Virus record (IMG/VR): IMGVR_UViG_3300038393_000718
Coordinates: 1 to 26,359 of that record
Source: a virus
Taxonomy: Duplodnaviria; Caudoviricetes
Length of the DNA: 26,359 nt
Direction: 5' to 3' (one strand)
Shown here: positions 1 through 7,710 of the stretch, piece by piece
Layout: every line of letters starts with the position of its first letter
How positions within the stretch are numbered: the stretch's first letter is position 1
The notes under the pieces: generated by a model
What the model saw: the letters and a program-made list of their open reading frames with translations, nothing else
Database searches by the model: none
What the model was told of the DNA's origin: nothing
Translations under genes and position numbers: made by a program

Positions 1-65
1 GCGTCGTAGATGGCTTTCAGGACCGCCCGCAGCTCGCGTAGCTTCTCGGGAGAGAGGCGTTTCAT
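1..65 (-). CDS. Partial CDS (MKRLSPEKLRELRAVLKAIYD...), runs off the window
   Basis: ATG at 65 overlaps the stop of the 62..244 ORF (ATGA) and the frame is open to the window edge. Confidence 0.55.
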   Translation of the reverse strand, partial: MKRLSPEKLRELRAVLKAIYD

Positions 66-244
66 CTCATTGGCCCGTATTTGATGCGATCATGCCAGCG
101 GAGAAGCGCGAGGGAGAGCGAGGCCAGACCCGCGAGAATGGTGACGATTAGAGCCACGCCCTGGAGCCAGCTGCCGATCGCCACTCCGGCCAGCGCCCAT
201 GCACCCACGTCCTTGGCGGTGTCTGAGAGATTCCCCCCGTGCAC
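62..244 (-). CDS. Small membrane protein, putative holin
   Basis: 60 aa with two hydrophobic segments and a basic C-terminus; lies right after the tail genes. Confidence 0.55.
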   Translation of the reverse strand: MHGGNLSDTAKDVGAWALAGVAIGSWLQGVALIVTILAGLASLSLALLRWHDRIKYGPMR

Positions 245-245
245 G

Positions 246-422
246 CTAAGTCGCCTTCAGCCGCTGGGCGTAGGTGAAAGCGTGATGGACAGGCGCTGGA
301 CCAGACCCGTTGCCCGGCTCAAGCAGGACATACATGACGAGCTTGGCCGCCGATTCCTGCGCGGAGGTCGGGCCGATCGCTACAGTCTGCGTCAGTTTAG
401 AGACATCGACTTCGTTGGCCAT
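246..422 (-). CDS. 58-aa hypothetical protein (MANEVDVSKLTQ...AQRLKAT), possibly tail-associated; not in ORF track
   Basis: ATG overlaps the upstream stop (TGATG) and the ORF exactly fills the gap to the GTG at 244. Confidence 0.7.
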   Translation of the reverse strand: MANEVDVSKLTQTVAIGPTSAQESAAKLVMYVLLEPGNGSGPAPVHHAFTYAQRLKAT

Positions 423-1441
423 CAGGTGATACTCTTGACGCCGGGCTCAAGGCTGGAGATTGCCGTGTTCACCCATGCTGCCGAGGTTGCCGGGTCAGTC
501 GCCCAAATCGTCTGGACGGGGGCATAACCAAGTCCGAGCGCGATATCTGAACCGCTGAAGTAATTGGTTCCCGCAGAGCGAAGGGCCATGCGGATATTCT
601 GAGGCCCAGAGGCTCCGCGCTTGGCCCTCGCCGAGACGCACACTGCGCGAACGACATAGCCCGTGAAATCGGGGATAGGCGTCTGCGCGAAGGTCGAAAT
701 TTGTGCGGCCGTACCCGAATAGATGAAATCGGCATCCGAGAGAACGGCCTCGTCAATGCTGGTATAAGTTCCTGTCCAAGAAGATGTTGAGCCGGCACCG
801 GTAGGCGGGCAGGTTCCCAGGACGAGGCCGATAAGAGAGAAGTTGGCTACGGCGAGCTGAGAGAAACGTGTCTCGTAGTTAAATCCGCCAGCGGCCCCTC
901 CGTAGACGCGGACCTTGCGGATCGAGGTGACCGCAGAGAGATCGACAGATGCGGTTAGGCGTTGGGAACCCCCGACATAGAGTTCCGCCGTTCCGGAGGC
1001 GGTGTTGACGATCCAGCGAACCACCAAGTCCTGCAACGTCGAGGCCATCGGCACGGACGAAATTGCCGATCCGATTGCAGTCCATGTGCTGCTGACGAGA
1101 TGTTCGAGCCCCACAGTCTCGGCGGCCCCAAATGAGCCTGTGGTGTGAGAGAGGCGGAGAACAGGAATGTCGCCCGCATCCAGCCAATAGATAGGGTAGG
1201 AAGTCAGGACGGCGTTGGTCGAGGTGAAGTTATTGATCTTGATGCGTGTCCAGCACTCGGTCAGTGCCGCGAACTGCGGGGTATCCACATAGGACGTGCC
1301 AACGACCTGAATACCGCAGCGCGAGAATGCGGGATCGTGGGGGAAAATACCCGTCCCGCCCGTCGTGATTTCAATGGGCGATGAGTCTGACGGGAGAAAG
1401 GCGTCAAGCTCCCCGCCCATGAACGCGATTGTGTCAGTCAT
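422..1441 (-). CDS. Putative tail/receptor-binding protein (beta-rich, Ser/Thr/Gly-rich)
   Basis: 339 aa, coupled (ATGA) to the head-binding-domain gene; composition typical of virion appendages. Confidence 0.65.
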   Translation of the reverse strand: MTDTIAFMGGELDAFLPSDSSPIEITTGGTGIFPHDPAFSRCGIQVVGTSYVDTPQFAALTECWTRIKINNFTSTNAVLTSYPIYWLDAGDIPVLRLSHTTGSFGAAETVGLEHLVSSTWTAIGSAISSVPMASTLQDLVVRWIVNTASGTAELYVGGSQRLTASVDLSAVTSIRKVRVYGGAAGGFNYETRFSQLAVANFSLIGLVLGTCPPTGAGSTSSWTGTYTSIDEAVLSDADFIYSGTAAQISTFAQTPIPDFTGYVVRAVCVSARAKRGASGPQNIRMALRSAGTNYFSGSDIALGLGYAPVQTIWATDPATSAAWVNTAISSLEPGVKSIT

Positions 1442-2082
1442 GCGGTCGTTCCGATGATGACACCCGCGATATTGGCGAGCGAAGTAGCCCCGGCGGGAGA
1501 CTTCAGTTCAAAGCGGTCGCCGATGTCGAAGTCTGTGGCCGTGGAAACGACCGTGAGCGCACCGGACGTGCTGATTGTCAGGGTTCCGAACGAGATGTCG
1601 TTCTTGCGCATGTCGAACGCGCAATTGGAGCCGGGATTGGTCCCGACATGGAAATAGGCTTGATCGGGAAGGTCGGTATCGAGAGAAACGGCGAGCCCGA
1701 AGATGTGCTTCATCACCACCGTCTGGACACCGGGAGGATCGCCCAGATACTGGCAGTGGATCAGATAGGGCTGGCCGGCATCGACGCTTTCGGTGCTTCC
1801 GGCAGAAGCAAGATAAAAGACTTGGTTGCCGAGGCTATCGCGGACCCGGATCGAATATTTGCCGCTGGTCCATATCTGGCCTGGTGAACCGCTGCGGTCG
1901 GGGTAACTGGCGAAAGTACGAATGGGCTGGGTTGCGGTGATTGTCCCGGCTTCATCCCAATAGACCGTTTTCGGGTTTGTTTCGGGATCCTGATTTTCTA
2001 GCCCTATGTAAATATAGCCCAGCTCAAGCGCCAAGCCGTCGAGACCGAGGAAGATCGGATAGGGGTTCTTGACTTCCTGCAT
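1438..2082 (-). CDS. Tailspike head-binding-domain protein (short adaptor, no beta-helix)
   Basis: N-terminal NPYPIF..DG..L..GYIYIG....DP..NP..VYWD...QPIRT resembles the P22-type head-binding domain. ATG at 2082 is preferred over TTG 2088 because it lies 7 nt after the -10 element. Confidence 0.8.
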   Translation of the reverse strand: MQEVKNPYPIFLGLDGLALELGYIYIGLENQDPETNPKTVYWDEAGTITATQPIRTFASYPDRSGSPGQIWTSGKYSIRVRDSLGNQVFYLASAGSTESVDAGQPYLIHCQYLGDPPGVQTVVMKHIFGLAVSLDTDLPDQAYFHVGTNPGSNCAFDMRKNDISFGTLTISTSGALTVVSTATDFDIGDRFELKSPAGATSLANIAGVIIGTTA

Positions 2083-2089
2083 GGGCAAG

Positions 2090-2127
2090 AACCTATGCAG
2101 GGGCGTTTAAAACTTCCGAGTTTCTGA
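2090..2127 (-). promoter_or_regulatory. Late promoter motif copy A: TCAGAA-N26-TAGGTT-N7-ATG
   Basis: TCAGAA at 2127-2122, TAGGTT at 2095-2090, ATG at 2082; same spacing as the other copies. Confidence 0.75.
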
Positions 2128-2140
2128 TATAGAGGCCAGC

Positions 2141-2251
2141 GTGCTAGAGAAGATCGCTCTCATCGCCTTGTTCAAGGCGGTGTTCGTCAGCCTCTATGGG
2201 GCTATGGCTGAGTGGCGAGAGCGGCGCCGGTCGCGGTCCCGCTTGCTGTAA
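2141..2251 (+). CDS. 36-aa membrane peptide (MLEKIALIALFKAVFVSLYGAMAEWRERRRSRSRLL), putative mini-moron
   Basis: GTG 7 nt after TATAGA (2128-2133) in an AT-rich patch; one hydrophobic helix plus an Arg-rich tail; overlaps the 3' end of the gp16-like gene. Confidence 0.45.
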   Translation: MLEKIALIALFKAVFVSLYGAMAEWRERRRSRSRLL

Positions 2252-4469
2252 GCGCGCGACGGGTCTTGTCGCTCGTCAGGATTTTGCCAACCGCTCCGCC
2301 GACACCGCGTCCAGGCTTGGTCAATAGCCTCTGGCCGGCGCGGCTGTAAGCGAGAGTCAGGATAGCAGCTAGCGTGGTTCCGGCTCCGTGCGTAACTCCG
2401 CTCTCGTCGCCGATGCCACCGGCTCCCAAGGCAATTCCGGGAATGATGAGCCTCCCCGCCGTTCCGCTATCGGGGATTTGGCTCGGAAGCACCTGTTGAG
2501 CGGCGCGCTGGAGGTCGTGGAACTGTCCCCGTCCCCGAGCTGCATTGACCTTGCCTTCAGTCTTGATCGTCGCCGCGCGGTCCGCCTGTCCGAGCTGGTG
2601 AGGCATGAAAATGCCCTCCTTGTTCTTAGCCTTGTTCACCGCATCGGCGAGCGTGTAGAGGCGGCGCTGCGCCACTTTCGCCTTGTTGTAGGCTGGAAGG
2701 ACTTCTGGCGCCTGCCTTTTGAACAGCCCGAAGATCGAGTTCTCTACCTGATCGATTTCCGTTCCAATCCGCCTTTTCAGTGGATCGGACATGTAGCTTG
2801 CTTTCAGGTCGCGGAGTTCGCGGCTGATCTGCTGCATCGCCTGGCCGTCGATCGTCGATCCCTTCATATAGGGCTCGAGGATCACGCGGACATTATCCGC
2901 CACCTCTTCGCCGACGCGAGGCAGTGAACGAACCCCGTGCACGGCATCCGTCAAATCGGTCACGAACACCGGATCTGAGGCAACGTGTTTGCCCTTCAGC
3001 GCGCTTTCAAACGCATCCGAAATCTTGTCCTGCGCGAAGTCCACCGCATCCTCACCAATGCGGTTTCCGACCTTGACGCCAATGGGATCCAGCGCGTGGT
3101 CGAACGATTTGACGTTGAACTTCTTTATCCCCTCCACACGGCGGGCATTGATGATGTCGCCGATCACCGGCAGCCCGGCAATCCGATCCTCGGTTCTCTT
3201 CAAGATGCCGCCAAGCTTGCCGCTATATTGCTGGCCGATGGTGGTCGGAATCCCCGCCTCGTTGACAGCGGCGACATAGGGATCCTTGGCCGCGCTCCCA
3301 ATGCCTTTCGCGGTTGCGGCGAGGCCCTGTCCGACGATGTTCCCGGCCAAAGCCGCTGCGGCGCCTTCGCCCGCTCCCTTAAGGCGGTCCATTGCCGTCG
3401 CCGGCTGGCCTTCGGCGTTCGTGTCGGTCGTGACGGCTCCCGCCGTACCGCCGTACAGCGCATCCGCGAGCAGAGGACGAACGACCGGCGTTACGCCAGC
3501 CTTGGCTAACCCCGCCTCAAGTCCCAAAGCGGTTCCGGCACCACCCGCCACCGTTCCGGCAAGGGCCGACTTCGGATGCGCGGCTTCCGACGCTTGAATG
3601 GCCGCCTGCACTTCGTTCGGATCGGCCCCGGCCAGTCCTGCGATCTTCGGGAGCGCAAACGCGGTTGAGGCATCGCCAGCGGAGGTCAGGGCTGCGCCAA
3701 CGTCGCTTCCCATAATATTTTGGCCGATTGAGTTGGGGACTTGGCGATGCGCGAGATCGACAACGAAATCACCCTTGTAGCGCGGGTTTTCGCTCTGCCA
3801 TTTCCTGATGCCGACAAGCTGCTGCGCAATGGCCGGAAGCCATGTCGGATCTTCCACGCCGAGACCGGAGAGGTAATGCAGGATATCCGCGTTCGGCGCG
3901 TGCGCCTTTATCATCGCGTTCACGACTTTGTTTGCTGGCTCGACGCGAGGGTTTACCTCCGTGTGTGAACCGCCCTTTTCGCCGATGAAGCCCGTGTCCT
4001 GCCCCTGCGGATTGGCTGGCGCATCCTCGATGATGACTTGCGGCGGCGCGCTTAGATGGCTCGTGCTCAGAGGCGGCGGGGAGGCAGAGGCAGACTGTTC
4101 CGTCTGGCCTTCGGCTGGATCGGCGGCCCATGGGGCGCCATATTCTTGCGCCTGTTCATTATGAAGTGATTCAGCGTAGGCGGTGGCGTGCTCTGGCGTG
4201 TCGAATATTCCCAGATGCTCCCCGGTTTGGTGATAGTGTTTGATTGCTTCGGCATTGCTGACGACCTTGCCGCCAACAACGGTCGGGATTAGCACCTCGC
4301 CTTGGTCTGTCCCGATAGAGATGGTCCGGACAGTGGAAATTGAGCCGTCCGGGTTATGGACAACTGGCCGATTGTGAATGTCAATGTTGCCAGCGGCACG
4401 CAAACCTGAGATATTCCCCAGCGAAGTTTCCTGGTCGGCAATGGGATCACTCTCCCACGGGGCGGCCAT
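2202..4469 (-). CDS. DNA ejection/internal virion protein (P22 gp16 position)
   Basis: 755 aa, Ala/Gly-rich with hydrophobic stretches; third gene of the ejection cluster. Confidence 0.75.
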   Translation of the reverse strand: MAAPWESDPIADQETSLGNISGLRAAGNIDIHNRPVVHNPDGSISTVRTISIGTDQGEVLIPTVVGGKVVSNAEAIKHYHQTGEHLGIFDTPEHATAYAESLHNEQAQEYGAPWAADPAEGQTEQSASASPPPLSTSHLSAPPQVIIEDAPANPQGQDTGFIGEKGGSHTEVNPRVEPANKVVNAMIKAHAPNADILHYLSGLGVEDPTWLPAIAQQLVGIRKWQSENPRYKGDFVVDLAHRQVPNSIGQNIMGSDVGAALTSAGDASTAFALPKIAGLAGADPNEVQAAIQASEAAHPKSALAGTVAGGAGTALGLEAGLAKAGVTPVVRPLLADALYGGTAGAVTTDTNAEGQPATAMDRLKGAGEGAAAALAGNIVGQGLAATAKGIGSAAKDPYVAAVNEAGIPTTIGQQYSGKLGGILKRTEDRIAGLPVIGDIINARRVEGIKKFNVKSFDHALDPIGVKVGNRIGEDAVDFAQDKISDAFESALKGKHVASDPVFVTDLTDAVHGVRSLPRVGEEVADNVRVILEPYMKGSTIDGQAMQQISRELRDLKASYMSDPLKRRIGTEIDQVENSIFGLFKRQAPEVLPAYNKAKVAQRRLYTLADAVNKAKNKEGIFMPHQLGQADRAATIKTEGKVNAARGRGQFHDLQRAAQQVLPSQIPDSGTAGRLIIPGIALGAGGIGDESGVTHGAGTTLAAILTLAYSRAGQRLLTKPGRGVGGAVGKILTSDKTRRALTASGTATGAALATQP

Positions 4470-6415
4470 TAGCGCTTTGTCCTCTGCACGCCGTTGGGAT
4501 CGATATAGAGCGCTCCCGAGGGAAGCTTGTTATACTCCTGAACCGAGCGAATGCGGACAGCGCCCGATGTGCCGCCGCCGCCAGCGAGTCCGGGGGCACG
4601 CGAGCCGAGCGATTTATATCCCTTGGCGATTTGGTTTCTGATCGCCGCCATGCGGTTAGCCATGTCAGCCTGCATCTGCTTGAACGCAGCTTCTTTTTGC
4701 TGGACGGAATAGTTTCCGCGCATCGTCTCCATTGCTTCGTGACGGGCGCTGTCTGAAAGCGTTCCCGCTCCAGACGGGCTTCCGGCAACGACCTTGGCAT
4801 ATTCGGTCGTGAACGTGGTCCACGCGCTGTCCATCGCGGCAATCGTCGGATCGCCCGTGTGGCGAAGGTAGGACTGCGTTACCGAGTTGATGACCGGAAA
4901 GCGTGTCTGTGCCGAAAGCTCTCTGGATCGATCGATGAACTGCTTGCCGTTGGCGAGCGCAGTCTGTTCGTTCTGCTCGATTGTCCCAGCCTGCTTTTCG
5001 AGGTTCTGGACGTTGGCAACATTGGCTTTGTAGTGCCCGACTTGGACGGCGAGGTCGTTGCCGGTGAGCCCTTCCGCACCCGCAAGCTGCGCCACCTTCT
5101 TGAGGATTAGCTGCCGGGCTGCGGCTGCAGCCTTGCCCATGCCGAGCGTCGGCATCTGGCCGCCCGCAAGCATCTGCTGCGCGTAGAACGTCGCCGTGTT
5201 GTCGTCGATCCCGCCGTCTGCATCTGCGGTGGAGGCACCCATCGCCACGACATTGGGCTGTCCCGTACCTGTCGCAATGGCCATATTGTCCGCATCGCGA
5301 TTGGCCCACGCCTGAGCGTATTTCTGGCCGCTCGGCTTTTTCGCGAGGTTCTGGAAATAGCTCGACGCGATTTGCATGAACTTCTGCGGGTCGCCGCCCG
5401 AGTCCGAGAGCGCCTTCTTCGCGAACTTGGGATTGCGGATATACACGTCGAAATAAGGAGCCTGAAGGTTCGCCGGCAGAGCCTCGGCGCCGCTCGGCAC
5501 CCAATAGCGGTCGTGGTAAATCTGGATCGCCTGATCCTTGGTCATGTTCTTGACATCGAGGTCAGGATTGGCGCCCTGGTTGATGCCGAAGTTGACCGGC
5601 TTGCCGTTCATGTCCTTGGGAGCATATCCGCCTTCGTGCTTTAGCACGCGAGCAACGGCATTTCCGAAGCCGCCTCCGCTCTCCTGCATCGCCTGACCAT
5701 CGCCGCCAACCCGCACAATCGCCTTGTGCGTCTGCCCATCGGGTCCGGTAACGTCCAGCTCGCGATATTGCGGAGCGTCCGGGTCGCGGTAATCGACCTT
5801 GAACTGGCCGTTCTCGTAATGGCCGATCGCGCGGCCGACGATTTGGCCCTTGACCTCCCCGCCGCCGTTGACGCCCAATGTTTCGAGCATCGGGCCGATC
5901 TTGTCAGGTCCCGTCGCCTGGGCCAATGCGAAACCGGCAATCCCCTGTGCCTGCTTGATCTTCTGCGGATCACCGCTCTGGATCATGTCGATGAGGTTGT
6001 CCGTTACCTCCGTGCTCTCACCGCTCTTCGCCAGCGCGTCCTTGCGCTCCTTCAGCAATTGCAATGCGAGCTGCGGCTGTCCGTTTGCCAACGTCGCATA
6101 GACCTGTCCCGCCGCCTCGACGTTGCGGTTCTTCTGCCCTTCGGAATATTGATCCCATCCCTGCTTCAAGCTCTCGTGCATTTCGGGATATTTGAGCAGG
6201 AGATTCCGGTAACCATCCGGTGTCGGGTTATCGATGACCGATTGGGCATCTGTCTTGTACGCCTGAATCTCGGCGATCTTTTGCGCGGCTTGCTGCAATT
6301 GAACGCGCTGCTGCGCCTTCTGCATATCGACCTGTTGCTGCTGAATGCTCAGCTCGCGGTTCTTTTGCAGCGGGGCCATGAACTGGCCGAAATAGTCGAA
6401 TGGCTCGTAAGCCAT
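4469..6415 (-). CDS. DNA ejection protein (P22 gp20 position) with an internal GH108-like lysozyme domain
   Basis: 648 aa, Gln-rich helical N-terminus; internal VLKHEGGY...NFGI...DVKNMTKDQAIQIYHDRYW fits the glycosyl hydrolase 108 pattern. Confidence 0.8.
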   Translation of the reverse strand: MAYEPFDYFGQFMAPLQKNRELSIQQQQVDMQKAQQRVQLQQAAQKIAEIQAYKTDAQSVIDNPTPDGYRNLLLKYPEMHESLKQGWDQYSEGQKNRNVEAAGQVYATLANGQPQLALQLLKERKDALAKSGESTEVTDNLIDMIQSGDPQKIKQAQGIAGFALAQATGPDKIGPMLETLGVNGGGEVKGQIVGRAIGHYENGQFKVDYRDPDAPQYRELDVTGPDGQTHKAIVRVGGDGQAMQESGGGFGNAVARVLKHEGGYAPKDMNGKPVNFGINQGANPDLDVKNMTKDQAIQIYHDRYWVPSGAEALPANLQAPYFDVYIRNPKFAKKALSDSGGDPQKFMQIASSYFQNLAKKPSGQKYAQAWANRDADNMAIATGTGQPNVVAMGASTADADGGIDDNTATFYAQQMLAGGQMPTLGMGKAAAAARQLILKKVAQLAGAEGLTGNDLAVQVGHYKANVANVQNLEKQAGTIEQNEQTALANGKQFIDRSRELSAQTRFPVINSVTQSYLRHTGDPTIAAMDSAWTTFTTEYAKVVAGSPSGAGTLSDSARHEAMETMRGNYSVQQKEAAFKQMQADMANRMAAIRNQIAKGYKSLGSRAPGLAGGGGTSGAVRIRSVQEYNKLPSGALYIDPNGVQRTKR

Positions 6416-7042
6416 TTAGAAGCCCTTCAGGAATGAAGGCATTCCTGGCATTCCTGCAATGCTGCTAAGCAACTCCCCGACACCCTGCGCAACTTGGGTA
6501 TAGCCCGCCGCTTTACCGAGGATACCGCCAGCCTTCGCTTGGCCGATATTGCCGAACAGTCCCGCAATGGCATTGGCCGCGTTGGCCCCGAACCCGCCGA
6601 GTTGGGCACCGGTATTCGCACCAGCGCCAGAAATGCCGCCGAGGTTGCCCATCTGCTGCTGGATGACTTGGGCAAGAAGGTCCGAACCGAAATTGGCAAG
6701 GCTGTGTTGCGTATTGCCGCCGCGAAGCCCCCCGGTTGCCGAAGCATTCTGGAGAATGGCTTCCGTGCCCTGCCTATATTCGGATTGAAACAGCGGAGAG
6801 TTCTGGAGACCGGTGATCGCCGATTGCTGCTTGTCAGCGCCATTTGTTCCGAGAAGGTCGAGCATCCCCCCGAGGGCCGACTGCCCAGCCGTAAGCCACG
6901 GCAAAAGATCGGCGCGGGTCGTGTCGTACTGGCGGCGCTCTTCATCGATGCCCTTGGTGAACATGTCCGCCTGGACATTTGCCGCCTTCTTGGAAGCGTG
7001 GGCTCCGAGCAGTCCGCCTACAATGTCGCTGATGAATGAGAT
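6416..7042 (-). CDS. DNA ejection protein (P22 gp7-like); probable start is ATC at 7042, first ATG at 6964
   Basis: A.ATGGL.G...(L) core and Gly/Ala-rich C-terminus as in gp7-type proteins; the frame extends 26 codons upstream to an ATC preceded by GGAGG. Confidence 0.8.
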   Translation of the reverse strand: MSFISDIVGGLLGAHASKKAANVQADMFTKGIDEERRQYDTTRADLLPWLTAGQSALGGMLDLLGTNGADKQQSAITGLQNSPLFQSEYRQGTEAILQNASATGGLRGGNTQHSLANFGSDLLAQVIQQQMGNLGGISGAGANTGAQLGGFGANAANAIAGLFGNIGQAKAGGILGKAAGYTQVAQGVGELLSSIAGMPGMPSFLKGF

Positions 7043-7581
7043 CGCAGCCTCCGCCAGTCTGAGCGGAGCAACCCTAAGGTAATCACGGGGAGGAGGCGGT
7101 TATTCTGAATGCAGGCGTCGCGGCGCTCGCCCTCATATTGGAAGCCGAGCTTCTTGCCGAAATTGACTGCGCTTTTCAGCGATCCGATGGCGTGAGCTGT
7201 CGCCCGCGTCACCTTGGGATCAGCGAACACCTCATCCATGAACAGAGCGGCCAGTTTACGGCTGTGCGGCAATGCTTCCCTTAAGAGCGCAACGTGAACC
7301 TCGACCTCGATTTCAGTGAACTGGATATGGACGAACACGCCCAGAAGGCGGCCATCCACATAGGCTCCGAAATAGCTCACCAGCGGGTGATCGATGAACC
7401 CAGGCTCCCGCCCGTCGCGTGTGATCTTCGGCTTTATCCAGGGATCGCGAAGGATACGTTCGATTGCTGCGCGGTTTTCGATGCGGGCGATTGAAAGACG
7501 CTGTTCGCCTGAATGAGAAGCGAGCGGGTTTCGAGCGCGGCCCATGTCCCGAGGCTCAAGCTGAGCAGCACAAGAAGGCAT
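7018..7581 (-). CDS. GNAT-fold acetyltransferase-like protein (P22 gp14 position); start uncertain
   Basis: EVHVALL...AVNFGKKLGFQYEG..R pattern of RimL-type GNATs; lies directly before the gp7-like gene. Confidence 0.8.
   Translation of the reverse strand: MPSCAAQLEPRDMGRARNPLASHSGEQRLSIARIENRAAIERILRDPWIKPKITRDGREPGFIDHPLVSYFGAYVDGRLLGVFVHIQFTEIEVEVHVALLREALPHSRKLAALFMDEVFADPKVTRATAHAIGSLKSAVNFGKKLGFQYEGERRDACIQNNRLLPVITLGLLRSDWRRLRSHSSATL
7071..7108 (-). promoter_or_regulatory. Late promoter motif copy B: TCAGAA-N26-TAGGGT, inside the GNAT gene, upstream of the gp7-like gene
   Basis: TCAGAA at 7108-7103, TAGGGT at 7076-7071, followed by GGAGG at 7052-7048. Confidence 0.7.
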
Positions 7582-7591
7582 TTCATCACGC

Positions 7592-7630
7592 AGACTACCC
7601 TCCTATTCGGCTCAGCCTCGTTAATTCTGA
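7592..7630 (-). promoter_or_regulatory. Late promoter motif copy C: TCAGAA-N27-TAGTCT
   Basis: TCAGAA at 7630-7625, TAGTCT at 7597-7592; intergenic, spacer 1 nt longer than the others. Confidence 0.6.
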
Positions 7631-7634
7631 CCGC

Positions 7635-7663
7635 TTGGCGCTGCATTTAATTTGCGTTAAGTT
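7635..7663 (+). promoter_or_regulatory. Putative sigma70 promoter of the PAP2 moron (TTGGCG-N17-TAAGTT)
   Basis: AT-rich intergenic stretch with a 17-nt spacer, about 50 nt before GGAG-N5-GTG at 7711. Confidence 0.5.
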
Positions 7664-7710
7664 GAGTCCGTTTCACGTCCAATGCTCGGAAGGACGGCAA
7701 TGGAGAGCCT

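Noticed and set aside
7647-7660. TTAA-N6-TTAA resembling a CtrA box in the PAP2 promoter
   Set aside because: The CtrA consensus spacing is N7; the N7 reading needs a mismatch, and AT-rich promoters give such matches by chance.
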